Positions 61,863-64,000 of a stretch of DNA of 64,000 bases are shown here, piece by piece. The stretch covers positions 1 to 64,000 of the IMG/VR virus record IMGVR_UViG_3300013954_000001, one strand, 5' to 3'. Position 1 is the stretch's first letter; each line of letters starts with the position of its first letter. The stretch is from a virus. Taxonomy: Duplodnaviria; Heunggongvirae; Uroviricota; Caudoviricetes. Made by a program: the position numbers and the translations under genes. The notes beneath the pieces were generated by a model. The model saw nothing but the letters and a program-made list of their open reading frames with translations. It made no database searches and was not told where the DNA came from.

Positions 61863-63424
61863 GTTGGATGTAACAAGGCAAATCCGACAGTACCGCAGTC
61901 CCAATACAAGTCGTAGCCGTTCGCGAGCATGTTTTCACGTTCGCTTTTGGCTTCATCGTACACTTTGATCGCCGTCTTCAACTTATTGCGCCTAAAGTTC
62001 TGTTTGTTATACATCTTACCGTCTTTGACGTAATGGTAGCGTGGCGCACCTCGTGAAACTTCAGTGAAACCAATCGCCTTGTACAAGCCACCGTCAGAGT
62101 ATCGCAAGTCGGCATAACTGATTATGTCGCCGCCTACAGTGCGCGTGAAAGCTTTGACAAGCTTTGACGCGGCACCTGTGACATTCAAGTATCGCTTACT
62201 ACAGAAACGAGTCAACTCCCAGTCATAAGCGCTTATACGGCTCTTGGCGAAGCACATTAACGACACTAGTTCGCCGTTGTGTCTAAGTCCTATCTTGTAG
62301 CTGTCGCCTTTTCTGGCACCTTGTAAGTGATTTTGAGACAAGAACTCTCGGGCTTCATTGCTGGCTACTTCAAAGTCGATTGTACAGTTTCTAGCGTAGA
62401 TCGTAGCGTTAGCGCCTAGCATGCTGGCGATCATCGACTTCCAGACTTCTTGCTTGACGTCGTTGTCCCATTCTGACGATGTGATATGCAACAACTTGAT
62501 ACCCTGTGCTGCACAGTCTTTTGTTTTAGCTACGTGGTAGTGTCTGTCTTTGCCGCCGAATACTTCAGTATGATGCGGAAAGCCGTCGTACTCGATTGCA
62601 AATTTCTTAGCCGCCACATACACGTCAAGCTCGCGACCATTCAAGACGCGACGATTGCTGCTTTGTACGTCGACGCCTAGCCCTAACGACTCGATAAACG
62701 CGACGATTTCTAACTCGGGTTTAGTCACCCTAGCAAACTTTCTGTCGTATGAATTTGTGGCGTTGATAGGTAAGCCATGCTCTTTAATGTATCTGGCTAC
62801 TGTTGAGCCGTGTACGTTTAGTTCGGCGCCGATGTCGTAAATGCTGCGATGCTGTGTCACGTAAGCATTAAACAACCAGTCGCGATCCTTCATCTTTGCA
62901 CCGGACTCAGGCTGAGCAAGTCTGTAGTCACAGTGTGGTATTCCCCACTTAGTAAGCCATCGCTTTACGAACGGCTCTGAAGGTCCGTACGTCTTCGCGA
63001 TGAACTGAATCGACTCGCGACGCACGACATGTTTTTCGTACAGCCAATCGCGAGACGATGTGATTTTGTCGTAGATGTCGTCGTCAAACTTCCTGGCGTT
63101 ACTGACTCGACGCCCACATTCTTCAGAACACACTTTAGAATAAATCTCAGTTGGCACGCCTTTACGCATGGCTTTTAGTGAAGCGTTGCTGCCGCATATA
63201 CAACACTTCGGAGGCTCGGTAATACCGTTTAGAATATGCGCGATTCTGACCTTCATAGGTACAGGCGAATAACCTAAATCGTCAAGGAACTTCGTGGCTG
63301 CAAGAATCTTGTTCTTGATAGACACTAGGTAAGAGTCGACACTAGCCTTCGTAATCTTTTGACAAGACGTTGTATACGCGTCTTTTATCGTGTCGAGTTC
63401 TGGTTGTGTGAAAGCGTTTATCAT
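61847..63424 (-). CDS. Vsr/DUF559-type PD-(D/E)XK endonuclease-like protein with an N-terminal zinc finger and an HTH; candidate free-standing homing endonuclease
   Basis: ELDVYVAAKKFAIEYDGFPHH is a Vsr/DUF559-like motif. A Cys cluster (CCICGSN...CSEECG) and an HTH-like segment (YDIGAELNVHGSTVARYIKEHG) are present. It sits where T4 carries segD, downstream of gp23. Confidence 0.45.
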   Translation of the reverse strand: MINAFTQPELDTIKDAYTTSCQKITKASVDSYLVSIKNKILAATKFLDDLGYSPVPMKVRIAHILNGITEPPKCCICGSNASLKAMRKGVPTEIYSKVCSEECGRRVSNARKFDDDIYDKITSSRDWLYEKHVVRRESIQFIAKTYGPSEPFVKRWLTKWGIPHCDYRLAQPESGAKMKDRDWLFNAYVTQHRSIYDIGAELNVHGSTVARYIKEHGLPINATNSYDRKFARVTKPELEIVAFIESLGLGVDVQSSNRRVLNGRELDVYVAAKKFAIEYDGFPHHTEVFGGKDRHYHVAKTKDCAAQGIKLLHITSSEWDNDVKQEVWKSMIASMLGANATIYARNCTIDFEVASNEAREFLSQNHLQGARKGDSYKIGLRHNGELVSLMCFAKSRISAYDWELTRFCSKRYLNVTGAASKLVKAFTRTVGGDIISYADLRYSDGGLYKAIGFTEVSRGAPRYHYVKDGKMYNKQNFRRNKLKTAIKVYDEAKSERENMLANGYDLYWDCGTVGFALLHPTKKAP

Positions 63425-63437
63425 ACCGTTCTCTTGT

Positions 63438-63476
63438 CAAACAAAGAAGGCGCTACATTAGCGCCTTCTTTTTATA
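63438..63476. terminator. Bidirectional rho-independent terminator (AAAGAAGGCGCTA-catt-AGCGCCTTCTTTTT)
   Basis: A GC stem with A/T runs. Confidence 0.65.
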
Positions 63477-63488
63477 CTTAGCCAGAGT

Positions 63489-63953
63489 TTACTCGCCGAT
63501 AGTCGGGTCGTACTCGACAACAGTCAAGTCTTCGCCTTCCATTTCTTCAGCGATGATAGCCGAGATAATCGACCAGTCGCCGCGTGCAAGGCCGGCGCCG
63601 ATCAACGGGATTCCGAAGCGCTTGCCTTGGCCGCCGTGTACGATCTTGATTTGCTTGAACGCGTTACGAACGGCGTCGTAATCGCAATTCATGGCAGGTC
63701 CGCTGTAGCTGAATTGCGTGTAGGCGTTGACGATGACGCCGAAGCCTTCGATTTCAGCTTGAGTGAAGCTACCAAGCTTTTCACGATCCCACTTCTTCGT
63801 CATCTTGTCGACGTTCCATGCGGCTGGGAAGCGCTCGCGAATCTGGCGCGCAATGCCTGCACCCATGTTGTTGCCACAGTTGCAGCCGTGAACGATGACG
63901 TCGAAGTCGCCATTGCTGAACTTAGTGAGGAGATCGCCTTTTACTGTTTTCAT
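63489..63953 (-). CDS. Macro-domain protein (ADP-ribose binding/hydrolase fold)
   Basis: DVIVHGCNCGNNMGAGIARQI parallels the macro N-terminal block (ivNaAN..l.gGgGvdgAI). GIPLIGAGLARGDW parallels iafPaIstGiyg.p. Start MKTVKG was chosen because it has an AAGGAA RBS. Confidence 0.65.
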   Translation of the reverse strand: MKTVKGDLLTKFSNGDFDVIVHGCNCGNNMGAGIARQIRERFPAAWNVDKMTKKWDREKLGSFTQAEIEGFGVIVNAYTQFSYSGPAMNCDYDAVRNAFKQIKIVHGGQGKRFGIPLIGAGLARGDWSIISAIIAEEMEGEDLTVVEYDPTIGE

Positions 63954-64000
63954 TTTGTCATTCCTTTTCATGGTGTAAATACAAGTCACATCACACACAG

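Noticed and set aside
1-64000. tRNA genes or a CRISPR array
   Set aside because: No direct repeat-spacer periodicity was found. The intergenic spaces are short and occupied by promoters and terminators, and no cloverleaf-compatible segment was recognised by eye.

Overview
This window is a segment of a T4-superfamily (T4 core gene set) myovirus genome at roughly 50% GC. There is no ribosomal or tRNA gene, no CRISPR array and no integrase. From 5' to 3' it holds: (1) an aerobic nucleotide-metabolism block (nrdA 3' part, nrdB, glutaredoxin, a divergent ThyX-like protein); (2) a hyperplastic early region of small ORFs, each behind a sigma70-type promoter plus a conserved leader (PeSL-like cassettes); (3) an endonuclease VII-like gene, an OB-fold RNA ligase, and a PRPP-synthetase-like/NAMPT-like NAD+ pair; (4) a tail/baseplate block read leftward (gp29-like tape measure, tail-tube-fold protein, gp4 head completion) with an SLT-domain protein and small membrane proteins; (5) gp32 SSB and gp59 loader split by an HNH homing endonuclease; (6) a leftward block with a SleB-like hydrolase, a PD-(D/E)XK nuclease, PhoH, a zinc-ribbon protein, T4-type DNA ligase, NADAR and a SLOG/DUF2493 protein; (7) two paralogous late-promoter cassettes encoding Asp-box (BNR) beta-propeller proteins, flanking an inverted replication/RNA-repair block (Dda, RyR-domain protein, RegA, gp62, gp44, gp45, metallophosphatase, Pnk-like kinase, Rnl1-like ligase); (8) a 1639-aa structural protein and then the syntenic T4 morphogenesis run gp13-14-15-16-17-18-[GIY-YIG endonuclease with an in-frame stop]-19-20-67-68-21-22-23, followed by a Vsr/PD-(D/E)XK-like endonuclease and a macro-domain protein. 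The most notable theme is a concentration of NAD+/ADP-ribose-directed enzymes: the Prs-like+NAMPT-like pair (NARP1-like), NADAR+SLOG, and a macro domain. Together with a split Pnkp-like tRNA-repair operon and two RNA ligases, this looks like a multi-pronged counter-defence toolkit. All calls rest on reading the translated ORFs and motifs; none is confirmed by a database search.
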